DNA of 11,392 bases from Azolla caroliniana (GCA_043228905.1 JBHGNT010001160.1:1-11392), one strand, 5' to 3'; shown: positions 1 through 9,520, counted from the first letter of the stretch. Notes: generated by a model not told the origin, from the letters alone. Numbers and translations: made by a program.

Positions 1-2
1 CA

Positions 3-1883
3 AACGCCCTTTCAGTGCATGATGTGCAATGTTTTCTCAGGTTTGCAAATTTTTATCGAAAATTTATTAAAGATTATTCCAAGGTTGTGCTTCCGCTTAC
101 TCAGCTCACACATAAAGATGAACCATTTATATGGAGTTCAGATGCAACCGAGGCATTTGAAAGCTTAAAACGAGCATTTACAACGGCACCTATCTTAGCA
201 CATGTCGACCCAACAAAACGCTTCATCCTCGAAGCCGATGCATCCGATTTTGCACTAGGGAGTGTCCTCTCGCAGACTGGAGATGATGGACAACTACACC
301 CTGTCGCCTTTCATTCACGAAAGTTTGAAGCTGCAGAGATCAACTACGAGATCCATGACAAAGAGCTTCTTGCAATCGTGGATTCGTTTCAACAATGGCG
401 ACATTTCCTAGAAGGTTCTTCTCAGCAGATCATTGTCTACAATGATCATAAGCACCTGACTTGTTTCCAAAATGCTCGAGTCTTGAGTCGGCGACAAGCC
501 TGGTGGGCGCAATTTTTCACTCACTTTGACTTTATCATCATATATCGCCCTGGGATGCAGCAAGGCAAAGCAGATGCTCTTTCTCAACGCTCTTATATGG
601 AACTTCGTCCAGGGGAACCTGCATTTGAGCATAAAAAACAAATCCTTTTGGGTCCGAATCGATTACAATTAATGGTAGTTAACGCCATAACAACTCTTGA
701 AAATTCCACTCTTCTTGATTCCATTCGAGATCATATGGCCACTGATGAGTTCGCCAAGGATTTTTTGGATCATATCGTCCCGAATCGTGCTTCTTGCAGT
801 TTCAAAAGGTTTTGGTGCAATTCTCACAGTGGTTGATCGATTTACCAAAATGGCACATTTCTTGCCATGTACCAAGTCGATTACTAGTCAAGAGGCGGTT
901 GATCTCGTTATGCGGGAGGTATTTAAGCATCATGGTCTACCGAATGATATTATTAGTGATCGTGGTCCACAATTCATCTCAAAGTTTTGGAAGCACCTGT
1001 TCAAACTTCTCCACATTTCAGTTAAGCTTTCTTCGGGCTATCATCCTGAAACAAATGGCCAAACAGAGCGTACCAACAAGACATTGGAACAATATCTTCG
1101 TTGTTTCATCAACTATCAACAAGATGATTGGGTTGATTTTTTGCACTTGGCGGAATTCGCTTACAACAACTCAGCCCATTCTTCTACAGGATATTCCCCA
1201 TTTTTCGCAAATACGGGTTGTCATCCTCGGTGGACGATGAATGCGCATCCAGAAGTTCCTACCAACCCTGCTGCCGAGGATCGTCTTAGTCGCCTCCAAG
1301 AAATTCAAGCTAACATTCTCCACAATTTGCACGATGCTCAATTTACACACAAGAGGCTTGCCGATCGTCATCGTCTAGACTCCTTAAAAAAGTTCCGCAT
1401 TGGGGATCATGTATGGCTTCTCCAACACAACATCAAGACCACTCGACCTTGCAGTAAATTGGATTACCAACGTTTTGGCCCTTACATGATCACTGGTAAG
1501 ATAAGTGATGTTGCATTTCGTCTTGACCTCCCTCCGCACATGCATCTTCATCCGGTGTGTCATGTATCCCTTTTGGAACCTTATACTACAAGTTCAATTC
1601 CATGCCGTCTTACGACACCCCCACCACCTGTCGAGTTCTTGGACGGGCCTGAATTTGAAGTTGCTGTCGTTCTCGATTCTAAAATCGTGCGCAACAAGTT
1701 TACTTAGTCGATTGGCTAGGCTATACTCCCAATGATCGAACTTGGGAACTTGGCTAGGCAAATCTTTCCAATGCTGCAGAACTCGTCCATGCATTTCATC
1801 GCCAATATCCTTGTAAACCAGGTCCTAATACAAACCCTACGACCCGTGAGACGGGTCGTCAAAGAAGGGGGATAGTGTCATGA
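3..1883 (+). pseudogene. pol: pol remnant: RT C-terminus/RNase H, integrase core, GPY/F motif, chromodomain; internal deletion and frameshifts
   Basis: ORF 15-836 has FANFYRKFI, EADASDFALGSVL, NYEIHDKELLAIV and YRPG..QGKADALS. ORF 697-1707 has VVDRFTKMAHF, SDRGPQF, YHPETNGQTER and RFGPY. The chromodomain starts EFEVAVVLDSK and continues after a frameshift (~1700) as YLVDWLGYTPNDRTWE..*..NLSNAAELVHAFH, ending at TGA 1881-1883 inside the LTR. Confidence 0.93.
1861..1875 (+). other. Polypurine tract (PPT) of element D
   Basis: AAAGAAGGGGGATAG lies immediately before the TGTCA LTR start. Confidence 0.88.
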
Positions 1884-1930
1884 TAACACTCACATCATGC
1901 ATCGAAAGGATCATGACACTCACATTATGA

Positions 1931-1999
1931 CTCGAAAGGATTTGAACCCACGACCTTGTTGTACACATGTCAAATCCTTAACCATTGTATTAATATTCT
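1931..1999 (-). promoter_or_regulatory. Degenerate tRNA-like Pol III type-2 promoter module in U3 of LTR D
   Basis: The minus strand reads TAATACAATGGTTAAGG (A-box-like, 1982-1992) ... AGGTCGTGGGTTCAAATCC (variable loop plus B box, 1938-1948) with tRNA-like spacing. Stems are poorly paired. Confidence 0.6.
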
Positions 2000-2011
2000 T
2001 ATATGTATAGT

Positions 2012-2181
2012 CTCTAGAATATGAAATCTAATATCATAGGAATATTCTATATTACTCTACATTCTAGAATGACCTAGAATATTCTAGAGTGTTCTATACC
2101 ACTAGAACCTTCTAGAATACTCTAGAGATCTTCTAGATTACTCTACATTCTAGGATAACCTAGAATATTCTAGAGTGTTCT
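2012..2181. promoter_or_regulatory. Array of heat-shock-element-like motifs, including a 45-bp direct repeat
   Basis: TTCTAGAA and GAATATTC cores recur. A perfect nGAAnnTTCnnGAAn (AGAACCTTCTAGAAT) is at 2104-2118. The direct repeat is 2051-2095 vs 2137-2181 (43/45). Confidence 0.7.
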
Positions 2182-2346
2182 CTATTAATTATAAATAGGG
2201 ATCTACCACCCATCCCAAACCTAAATTGGTTCAACGCCACTTTGTAGCCTACTCTTTGTAATCCATTTTACGCTTCAATATAATAATTCTCTTTCAATTA
2301 TCTTTCTATCTCTTTTTCTCTCTTTTTCTCTCTCTCAGTCTTGACA

Positions 2347-2738
2347 CAGACAACACTCGGCTGAAGGTGTTGATGTGGGAGGTGGCTGGATCGGTTTCTC
2401 TCATCTTCAGGTTGAACAGTTGTCCGATCAATATCAATTTCGAAGATGCGGACTTCTTTTCGTACATAGCCTGCAGTTTCTCCCATTACGAGAATGTTGT
2501 CGTCCTTGGCCATATTGAAGTAGAAGTTTTCAACTAGATGCATTCGGATGATGGAGTGCGAGATTTCGTCCATGGATCTCCACTCCTCGACTGTCATCGA
2601 AGAAGGTTTTTCACTGTGTCGAATGGCTTTGAACCGTCTTCTAATGATCAACACATCCTGCATCATCTCCTTCCACAAGGCAAAGTTTTTTCCATTGAGC
2701 TTTCGGATTTCAACTCTTGTACCGAATGTTGAAGCCAT
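2347..2738 (-). pseudogene. gag: Copia gag N-terminus (DUF4219/UBN2-type), frameshifted and truncated by element D
   Basis: MASTFGTRVEIRKLNGKNFALWKEMMQDVL...MAKD continues after a frameshift (~2500) as TTFS*WEKLQAMYEKKSASSKLILIGQLFNLKMRETDPATSHINTFSRVLS, stopping at the LTR D boundary. Confidence 0.9.
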
Positions 2739-2822
2739 GTTCTTTTTGAAAGTGAGATTTTTACTAACCTTGTATTTTCTTTCAACTTTCTTTGCTGTTT
2801 TGTTGCCGTTGAACAACAAGTC

Positions 2823-2834
2823 ACTTTGATACCA
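2823..2834 (-). other. Primer binding site (tRNA-iMet) of Copia element B
   Basis: Minus-strand TGGTATCAAAGT matches canonical TGGTATCAGAGC at 10/12 and lies 2 nt from the LTR terminal CA. Confidence 0.85.
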
Positions 2835-3081
2835 ATTGAAGGATATGGCATTCGATATGTATGTGGAAGTATGTGAGGACCAGTAGGTTATGTCAACAAC
2901 AAGTCACCACAAAGAATATGACAGAAGAGATAGATGAAATGTAGACACAGTTCGAAGCTCTAATGGAAGCTCTCGTTATTCTGTAACTCTTACACTCATA
3001 GAGGCTCAAGATACAAGAGAAAAGGTATCTGTTACAATGTTAGGGTTGAGCTTATATACTAAAGCCCTAGCTCAAGGACGC

Positions 3082-3930
3082 CGCCGTGAGGATTTTCGGC
3101 AATGGTAAGAAAACCGAGTGGAGCGAATAAAACGAGGATGTGCAACGTTGCACATGCACTTAGGGAATATGTAAATAAGAATAAGAAAACAAATGTAAAG
3201 GGAAAGGTGGAATGTAAGGTGCTAAAGTACACCACAAAGTTCATGAAACGTAAATGTGATGAGCACTTAGGTGCACATGCAAATGTAGAAAAGCGGAGTG
3301 CATGGAAGTAAGAGTGTAATAAGTAGTAGGCATGGTGATGTGTGTGTGAAAATGAGAGGACAAGGAGTTAAGGCCCCATCAATCTCTCCTCCTAATATCA
3401 AGGCAAATATTCCCCTTTGAAAAGAGTGGAATATTTGGCCTCTCTTTTGGTAATAAGCTCACCCTTCTTCCACTATAAAACGGGGTGAGGAGTCACCATT
3501 GAAAGGGTCACAATTTTGTCGTTAGAGGTAGGCCTATTAAGGTTTTCTTCTTCATCTTATCCCTATTTTGTTTTAGGATTTTGGTTTTAAGTTCCCTTTC
3601 ATATCGTTTTCCTTTCTCTCGATTGGGGTTTAGGTCTTCTTCCTATTCGGTTAGGTTTTCTTGTTGTGCTTGAGTTTGGCCTATATGGCCGCGGTTGTAA
3701 TCATATTGTGGCTTGTCTTTATCTAGCTCTTTATCTTTCTAATCTTTGCACATTGTTTGATGAACCTTGTCTCGATCTAGCTCTTTATCTTTCTAATATT
3801 CGCACATTGTTCCTCCTCTTTTGTGCTCGGAGGCTCGATTAAGCTCCCATTTTCCCCCTTCTTTTACTCCCTAGTCCAATACCCTCGTGATCCTGCCCAA
3901 GTCGACATGCACGCGCAGATTTCCGCGACA
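3082..3930 (+). mobile_element. Element C: solo LTR (849 bp) related at its termini to LTR F
   Basis: Start CGCCGTGAGGATTTTCGGCAAT matches F start TGTCGTGAAGATTTTCGGCAAT (19/22). End GATTTCCGCGACA resembles F end GATCTTCACGACA. It is flanked by ACGC at 3078-3081 and 3931-3934, and has TATAAAA at 3474-3480. Confidence 0.8.
3712..3811 (+). repeat. Two 46-bp direct repeats (period 54) inside LTR C
   Basis: CTTGTCTTTATCTAGCTCTTTATCTTTCTAATCTTTGCACATTGTT at 3712-3757 has a near-identical copy at 3766-3811. Confidence 0.9.
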
Positions 3931-4026
3931 ACGCGTTTACACTTGGGATACAAAGTGGAAGGAGTCGACCTTTTATGCCAACAAGTTGAACTCTTTCCCG
4001 CTCATAAGCTCCCAAGTCCAGTGTCA

Positions 4027-4568
4027 ACTGTGGCTGATCTTATGGACTACGACGTAAAAGCAAGTTAATCCATCAATGACTTTGTTAATAAAATGTCCTC
4101 GATCACTAATTAGCTCAATCGGATAGCCATATCGACACCATATGTACTCATAGAGAAACTTTGTTGTTGACACCGCCGAATTAACCCATAGTGCATTCGC
4201 CTTGACCCATTTGGTGCAATAATATGTGGTCACTAGGATATAGCGATTTTTAGTTCGTACCGTTGTTGGCTTGAAAAGCCCGACAAAATCTATTCCCCAT
4301 TTTTGAAATCGCTCCAATGGTAATATCGGCTGATGTGGCATCCTTCCCTGTTCCATGGGTTGGCCCATCCACTGGTATTGGTCAATATTCTTGAGAGGTT
4401 GTTGGCACAAGGTGGTTAGCCACCATAGTTCGTTGCACCAAATTTTCCGTGCCGTTGCGTCTCCTACAAAGTGGCCGACGGCTACTCCACAATGAGACTC
4501 TCGTAACACTACAACTTTCTCGTCACTTTGGATTGCCTTTCACCAAATTTTGTCGGTTCCTTTGTGGT
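4027..4568 (-). pseudogene. pol: Integrase N-terminal half (damaged HHCC finger, core with first two catalytic Asp)
   Basis: HKGTDKIW*KAIQSDEKVVVLRESHCGVAVGHF, FQKWGIDFVG, TKWVKA and ELISDRGHF are present. It is cut after VVHKIS by element B. Confidence 0.9.
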
Positions 4569-4896
4569 TCAATTAAAGTTTCATAAAGTTTTTTAATGAT
4601 TTAATTAATTTGACTTAAATATTTATTTAATTTAATGGTTCAATTAAAGTTTCTTTTATCGATTTAATAAATTTAACTTAATGCTTATTTAATTTAATGT
4701 ATTTTTGTATATTTAAATATTTAATTAATTTGACTTAAATGGTTAGGTTTAAATTATTTATTAAATGGATTGGTTTGGTTTCAACTTTTCCCTAAACGCT
4801 TTGGTTCGGTTTGGTTTCGTTTTTGTTTTATATAAACGATTTGGTTTCTTTGCCTTGAAACCGAACCGAACCAAAACCGAACTGTGCTCATTGATA
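4569..4896. mobile_element. Element E: AT-rich non-autonomous DNA-transposon-like fragment (hAT/MITE- or Helitron-like), left end missing
   Basis: An abrupt AT-rich non-coding block interrupts pol. It has about three degenerate 60-70 bp tandem units (TGGTTCAATTAAAGTTTC at 4565 and 4636) and GGTTC/AACCG arrays forming an 18/19-bp inverted repeat (4800-4818 vs 4857-4875). Confidence 0.6.
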
Positions 4897-6500
4897 GTGG
4901 TAGTCTTGTACTCAGAAAATGCATCATCTCGAGTATCCAAGGGTCCTCTGGTTACTCCTTTGGATTGGTTGGGTCCGCCGCCTTGACACTAAACAACAGT
5001 CCGTCCAGAAAATCATCCCGGACACCGTCTCCTTCGTCGGATTCCAGCTAGCTCAAGTATTCTGTGACCGCGTGCTGCACCCCGGGTCGATGGTAGATGT
5101 AGAGTTCAAATTCTTGTAGCAGGAGAGTTCACCGGGCCAATTTTTGGTTAGCAAGGTGTTTGACACCAAGTATAGTAGTGCCAAATGGTCTACATGAAAC
5201 AAAAATTTCTGGCCCAGTAAGTAGTGTCGAAACTTATTCACACTATAAACCTCCCCAAGGCCTCCCTTTTCATGGTTTAATAATTCTGTTTGTCTTTTGA
5301 TAACTTCCGAGTCACGTAGTACACCAGCCGGTACCAATTTGGCCCTGTGAGCTGCATCAGGGCACTCCCAATTACTACGTATGATGTGTCCACAAACACA
5401 TGGAAATCTTTGGACCAATCCGGGGCTTGGACGATCGGAGCCTATGACAACATAACTTGTAATGCCCTGTATGCTTTGTCTTCCACGCCCATCCATTGAA
5501 ATGGTACTTGGTGTACTACGACATGTAACAACATTGCAAAGTTCACCAGATATTAGTATTTGGATATGCGACTGGATCTGACCTAAAAATTAGCTTAGTG
5601 CTTTGGCATTCGTTGGGTTTTGTGCCCCCAAGATAGCCCTTAAGTACCTTTTCCGGATTGACTGTGATTCCCTCCTTGCTCACAGTATGCCCTAGTAACA
5701 CGCCACTTCTGACTTTGAATGCACATTTGGTTGGATTCAAACTTAGTCGCAAAATTCAACATTTCTCTAGACACCTCCGAAGATGGCCCAAGTGTTCGGC
5801 TTTCCAGCTATACACTGCAAAATCATGAAGGAAAACTAGCATGAATGTCGAAATATAATCGCCAAAAATCTCCATAGTGATTCGCTGAAATGTTGGTGGT
5901 GTTGTCTTTGATCCGAACATCATGACTACTACAACAAACATTCCCCATTCTGTGACGAATGCCATTTTTCTTGATCAGTCGGATGCATTCTAATCTGGTT
6001 GTAACCCTGAATCCATCCAAAAAGTTGTAAACCTCATGGTCGACTATTGGATTGAGTACTTCGTCTATAAAAGGCAGCGGAAAGGCATTTGTAACCATCG
6101 CTGTGTTGAGCTTCCGATAATCCACACAAACCTTAATTTTCCCGTTCTTCTTGGGTACTCCTACTATTAGACTCAACCACGTAGCTTGCTTTACCGGTTG
6201 TAGAAATCCGACCGTTAACAATTTTTTGATTTCCTCTTTCATTTTTGCAGCTTTGTTGGGGTTCATCTAGTATCGCCTTTGGGCTATCGGTTTTGCGTCC
6301 TTACTTTGGTGAATTTGATGTTGGTAGAATTTCAGGTCTAATCCCTTCATGTCCTTGTACGACTAGGCAAAAACATCCTTGAATTCCTTCAATGGTGCTA
6401 CCATCTCCAATTTTTCTTCTGGACGCAAATCCATTGCCATGCTTATTGATTGTGGTTCTTTGATCATTCCCAAGCTGACCTCTTCCAATGTTTTTTTTCC
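4897..6500 (-). pseudogene. pol: Reverse transcriptase and RNase H remnant
   Basis: Motifs include VPKKNGKIKVCVDYRKLN, FPLPFID, FLDGF, MMFGSKT, FLHDFAVY (catalytic FLDD mutated), LNPTKCAF, KFRHYLLG..F.FHVDH and HRPGVQHAV.EYLS. There are multiple frameshifts. Confidence 0.93.
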
Positions 6501-6744
6501 ATTTAGAGATACTACTTTAGTTTTTTTTTTTTTTATCTTTGGCTCGCCCGAAGGCTACAACTCACACAAAGTCATGTTTTATTAGTAGTATATAGTCCAT
6601 CAAGGGGTGTACCGAATGGTACGAGTGAGATACATGCACAGGATGACCTCTAGGAGATATAATGAGACTCGCACCACGTTCCATCATGCAACTTGTAGAC
6701 AGGCTACATTTTACCTTCTTCATCGTCGAAACTGTCATTGTTGT

Positions 6745-6947
6745 CACCGTCACCATCTTCGTCGTCGTCACTTACGGACACAAACCGCCCTTCACCGTCA
6801 CCATCTGCGTCGTCGTCACTTACGGGCACAAACCGCCCTTCACCGTCACCATCTGCGTCGTCGCCACTATCTTCGTCGTCATCACTTATGGGCACAAACC
6901 GCCCTTCATCGTCACCATCTGTGTCGTCGTCACTTACGGTCACAACC
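6745..6947 (-). repeat. In-frame 48-bp minisatellite encoding an Asp/Gly-rich repeat in the PR-RT linker
   Basis: Units start at 6745, 6793, 6841 (48+18 bp) and 6907 (partial). The minus frame gives (DGEGRFVPVSDDDADG)n. Confidence 0.92.
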
Positions 6948-7199
6948 TCTTCCAGTGTTGACGCCTTTACTTTCTAGGATATAGCTAATTCTTTTTCCAA
7001 TGCGTCATGCGCTTGGCGAAGCTCCCAAATAACTTCTACGTCCAGTTGAGCTAGATTCTCCTCTATGACTTTGTCGGTTACATATGGAATTACGGCTTCT
7101 GCCACATCAATCTCAAACAATGACACTATTTGTGGGTTCTCCTCCAGGTATTGATCCACTTCCTCATCCACCAATCCGTCTAGCATATGGACGGTGTCA

Positions 7200-7700
7200 A
7201 CTACTTTGTAATGGTCACGCTCTCCTGTGTCGGCATTCGAACTTTTGTTTTCCCCCGATGGAAACTAATAATGTTCTTTTGCCAAATTTGTTTAATATGG
7301 GTCGTCTTCAACCACGGTTGTCCTAATAGCAAGGGGTATGCCCCTGCTGTGTTCAACTTTAGTACCACCGCGGATATCTGGAATGGATGTCCGCCCATGG
7401 CTATTTCAAGATTCCGGATTAGCCCCGTTGGCCAGTCTGAAGTTGATTCCACCATTCACAACCAGAATGGGCATGGTTCCCATTCTTGGATGCCTAATCT
7501 TTAACAGGTACTTCATTGATTACATTTACACCAAAGCTACCATCAATTATTGTTCCAAGTATTTCGACGCCTTTAATAATTACTTTTACTATCGAATTCT
7601 GGTCATCAATTATTGTCAGTCCTTTATTCTGGTGTGTAACGTGTACCGGAGCCTCTGACAACGTGTTCCCCCTCTGTACTATTGTTAGAGTTTCCACAAA
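7200..7700 (-). pseudogene. pol: Retroviral-type aspartic protease remnant
   Basis: GTIIDGSFGVNVI (active-site region), PTGLIRNLEIAMGG and AYPLLLGQPWL. Confidence 0.85.
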
Positions 7701-7879
7701 TCAAGGAACAAGTTTCAAGAGTCCAGCCAATGGCATTGAAATTTGACAACTTGCTAGTGCTAGCCAAGCTGGATCCTCTGTAAGTGGTTCTTCTTTTGTT
7801 GTTGGTTTTTCTTCCAGGGACTACTTGTTTAATTCTTGGAGTATTTTTTCTACATTCCGCTAATTCACTTTCTCCACCC

Positions 7880-9520
7880 ATTGTTATGTTGTCTTTGGTA
7901 CAACTTCCTGGGCCTCCCATTCTACGGTGGTGACTTGTTGTCCTTCAGCCACCTCTATGGTCAGCATATTAATTGCCGCCATTTGGCCTTTTCCTTTTAA
8001 TGGACATTGCCTGCTATAATGCCCTTCTTGTCGGCAAAAGTCTTTATTACAATTATCTTTCTTAGAGCTTCCTGGGCCTCCCATTCTGCGGCGGTGACTT
8101 GTTGTACTTCAGACACCTCTATGGTCAACATATTAATTGCCGACACTTGGCCTTTTCCTTTTAATGGACATTGCATGTTGTAATGGCCTTCAGGTCAGCA
8201 GAAGTAACAATATAGTTTACACGGTTCGCTTGTTTCTACCTTATTTGTTACTACAGGTTGTGTTCTGGAGCCTAGCCGTGCTGATTCCTCTAGCCTCTAA
8301 GGTTTTGTTGGAATGGTTTGGCCTTTTGTGACTTTCTTCTATCCTCCGAAGCTCTTCAATAGTCATGTGAGGAGTATCGACGTTCATTTTGCCGATTGTC
8401 GGTACCATACCTTGGATCATAATTATGGCATTGGTCATCGTACACTTGCCGATCTATGTATCTTCATTCTATTTGCCTCTCTCGATCATAATAAGGGGAA
8501 TAATCTCTATCATATTGTCCTCTTCGGTAGTCCTCCGTTCTATAGCTTCATGTATATCGAGGTCGATCCTCCAGTCAATATCTGTCGTCCCATCAAAACC
8601 ATTCATCCGACCAGAATTGGTCCTTGTCCGTCCTCTGTTCAATTTGTCGTACCGATGCCGCTGGTGGATTGAGAAGGTTATATTCGCACATGTCGATTGT
8701 GTGGGCCCACGAATGGCACAAGGCATAGTGCATTCTCATTGTGCATTCCAAAGTCGAGTGGCCAGGGTTTAGGCATGTTGTGCACTACACCGCTTGCCGG
8801 AATCTGAGTTCCTCTTCCTTTGGTAGCACCTTTTGTAGAGCCTCCATTGACATGCTATTAACATTATGCGCTCTATCCATATCGAGCACTTTATCAATGA
8901 CTTGGTCAATGGTATTTGTGGTGAAGTCCAATACTGCCAATGTTGTTCGAAGTGGCCCTCTGAGCGCAGTTAAACATGTTTCCTCTAAGTCCGCCTCCGG
9001 TGGTGTCTTGGTTAACTGTTTCCGCAAGTTCTGTAACCCAATGATAAACTATGACACTGTTTCTTGTGCCTCTGGGTATGCCACATAAAACTGGCGCATT
9101 AATTCTCTTTGCGCCACTTGTCAGTGGAATAGCCGGATGAACTTGTCACTTAGTTGCATGAATGTTGAGAATTCCTCCGGATTATGCTGGGAATACCAGC
9201 TCGCCGCTTGCCCTTCCAAGGAAAGCCCGAATTCTGCTATCTTTGATGCATCAACAATGGCTTCTGCTAGTCCTTGGGACACATGGTTTGCTTGTCATGT
9301 GGTCAGAAATGCTTGAACATGGGCTTCTGTGTCCGGCTTGTCATTGTACTTCGGGTAGGGGTATGTCATATTGTCTTCCTCCTCGTTTATCCGGAAAATT
9401 TCCATCTCCTGATTCGAATTCTCTGACTCCGCTTTCTCATCAATTACTGTAGCTGGATCCTTATCCAATGTTAGTACTAGGAACTCTTCCTCCTTGCTCA
9501 CCGCTTTTACCCATGACGAT
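7880..9520 (-). pseudogene. gag: gag remnant with up to four CCHC zinc knuckles
   Basis: YPYPKYNDKPDTEAHVQAFLTT (capsid-like start), CTTCLNPGHSTLEC and YALCHSWAHTIDMC (~8685-8785), CYFC*PEGHYNMQC (~8170-8212) and DFCRQEGHYSRQC (~8005-8045). The start codon was not identified. Confidence 0.82.
7904..8205. repeat. 138-bp direct duplication of a zinc-knuckle module
   Basis: 7904-8041 vs 8068-8205, about 15 mismatches by hand count, period 164. Confidence 0.92.

Larger units (their letters stand above)
1..2346 (+). mobile_element. Element D: 3' part of a Ty3/Gypsy chromovirus (Tcn1/Tf2-like), including PPT and 3' LTR
   Basis: Domain order is RT end, RNase H, integrase, GPY/F, chromodomain, followed by a polypurine tract and a TGTCA...TGACA LTR. 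The LTR end coincides with the point where the Copia gag is cut. Confidence 0.93.
1876..2346 (+). repeat. 3' LTR of element D (471 bp)
   Basis: Termini are TGTCATGA...TCTTGACA (7/8 inverted match). It has TATAAATA at 2190-2197 and a CT-rich 3' part, and is bounded by the PPT and the Copia gag. Confidence 0.88.
2347..4026 (-). mobile_element. Element B: 5' end of a Ty1/Copia retrotransposon (5' LTR, PBS, gag start)
   Basis: It has a Copia-type gag N-terminus and an iMet PBS adjoining an LTR end (..CCTTCA on minus). The outer boundary is taken as the TGACAC at 4026 where A's integrase breaks off; TGTTGG at 3983 is an alternative. Confidence 0.85.
2837..4026 (-). repeat. 5' LTR of element B (~340 bp net), split by solo LTR C into 2837-3081 and 3935-4026
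   Basis: The inner end is fixed by the PBS. Minus-strand TATATAA is at 3052-3058. Termini read TGA...TCA. The outer end is less certain. Confidence 0.62.

Noticed and set aside
2298-2819. 173-aa ORF as an intact protein
   Set aside because: It is chimeric: leader, true gag from 2738, an off-frame segment after the frameshift, then antisense LTR D sequence.
3040-3070. TTAGGG / CCCTAG telomere-like words
   Set aside because: They are isolated, imperfect single units beside the Copia TATA box, not an array.
3376-3393. CCATCA followed by a pyrimidine tract looked like the Copia LTR boundary plus a minus-strand PPT (tandem element sharing an LTR)
   Set aside because: It lies inside solo LTR C, whose termini and ACGC TSD explain the region better, and no Copia pol follows.
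6521-6534. T14 run as the poly(A) tail of a retroposed insertion
   Set aside because: There is no TSD or foreign body next to it. It is more likely slippage or a homopolymer error in an A-rich pol segment.
6745-6947. Regularly spaced repeats as a possible CRISPR array
   Set aside because: The units are contiguous with no unique spacers, there are no cas genes, and the context is a eukaryotic retrotransposon.
6607-6984. Plus-strand His/Arg-rich, Val/Thr-rich and Ser-rich ORFs
   Set aside because: They are shadow frames of the 48-bp minisatellite. The minus-strand acidic frame is the one collinear with pol.
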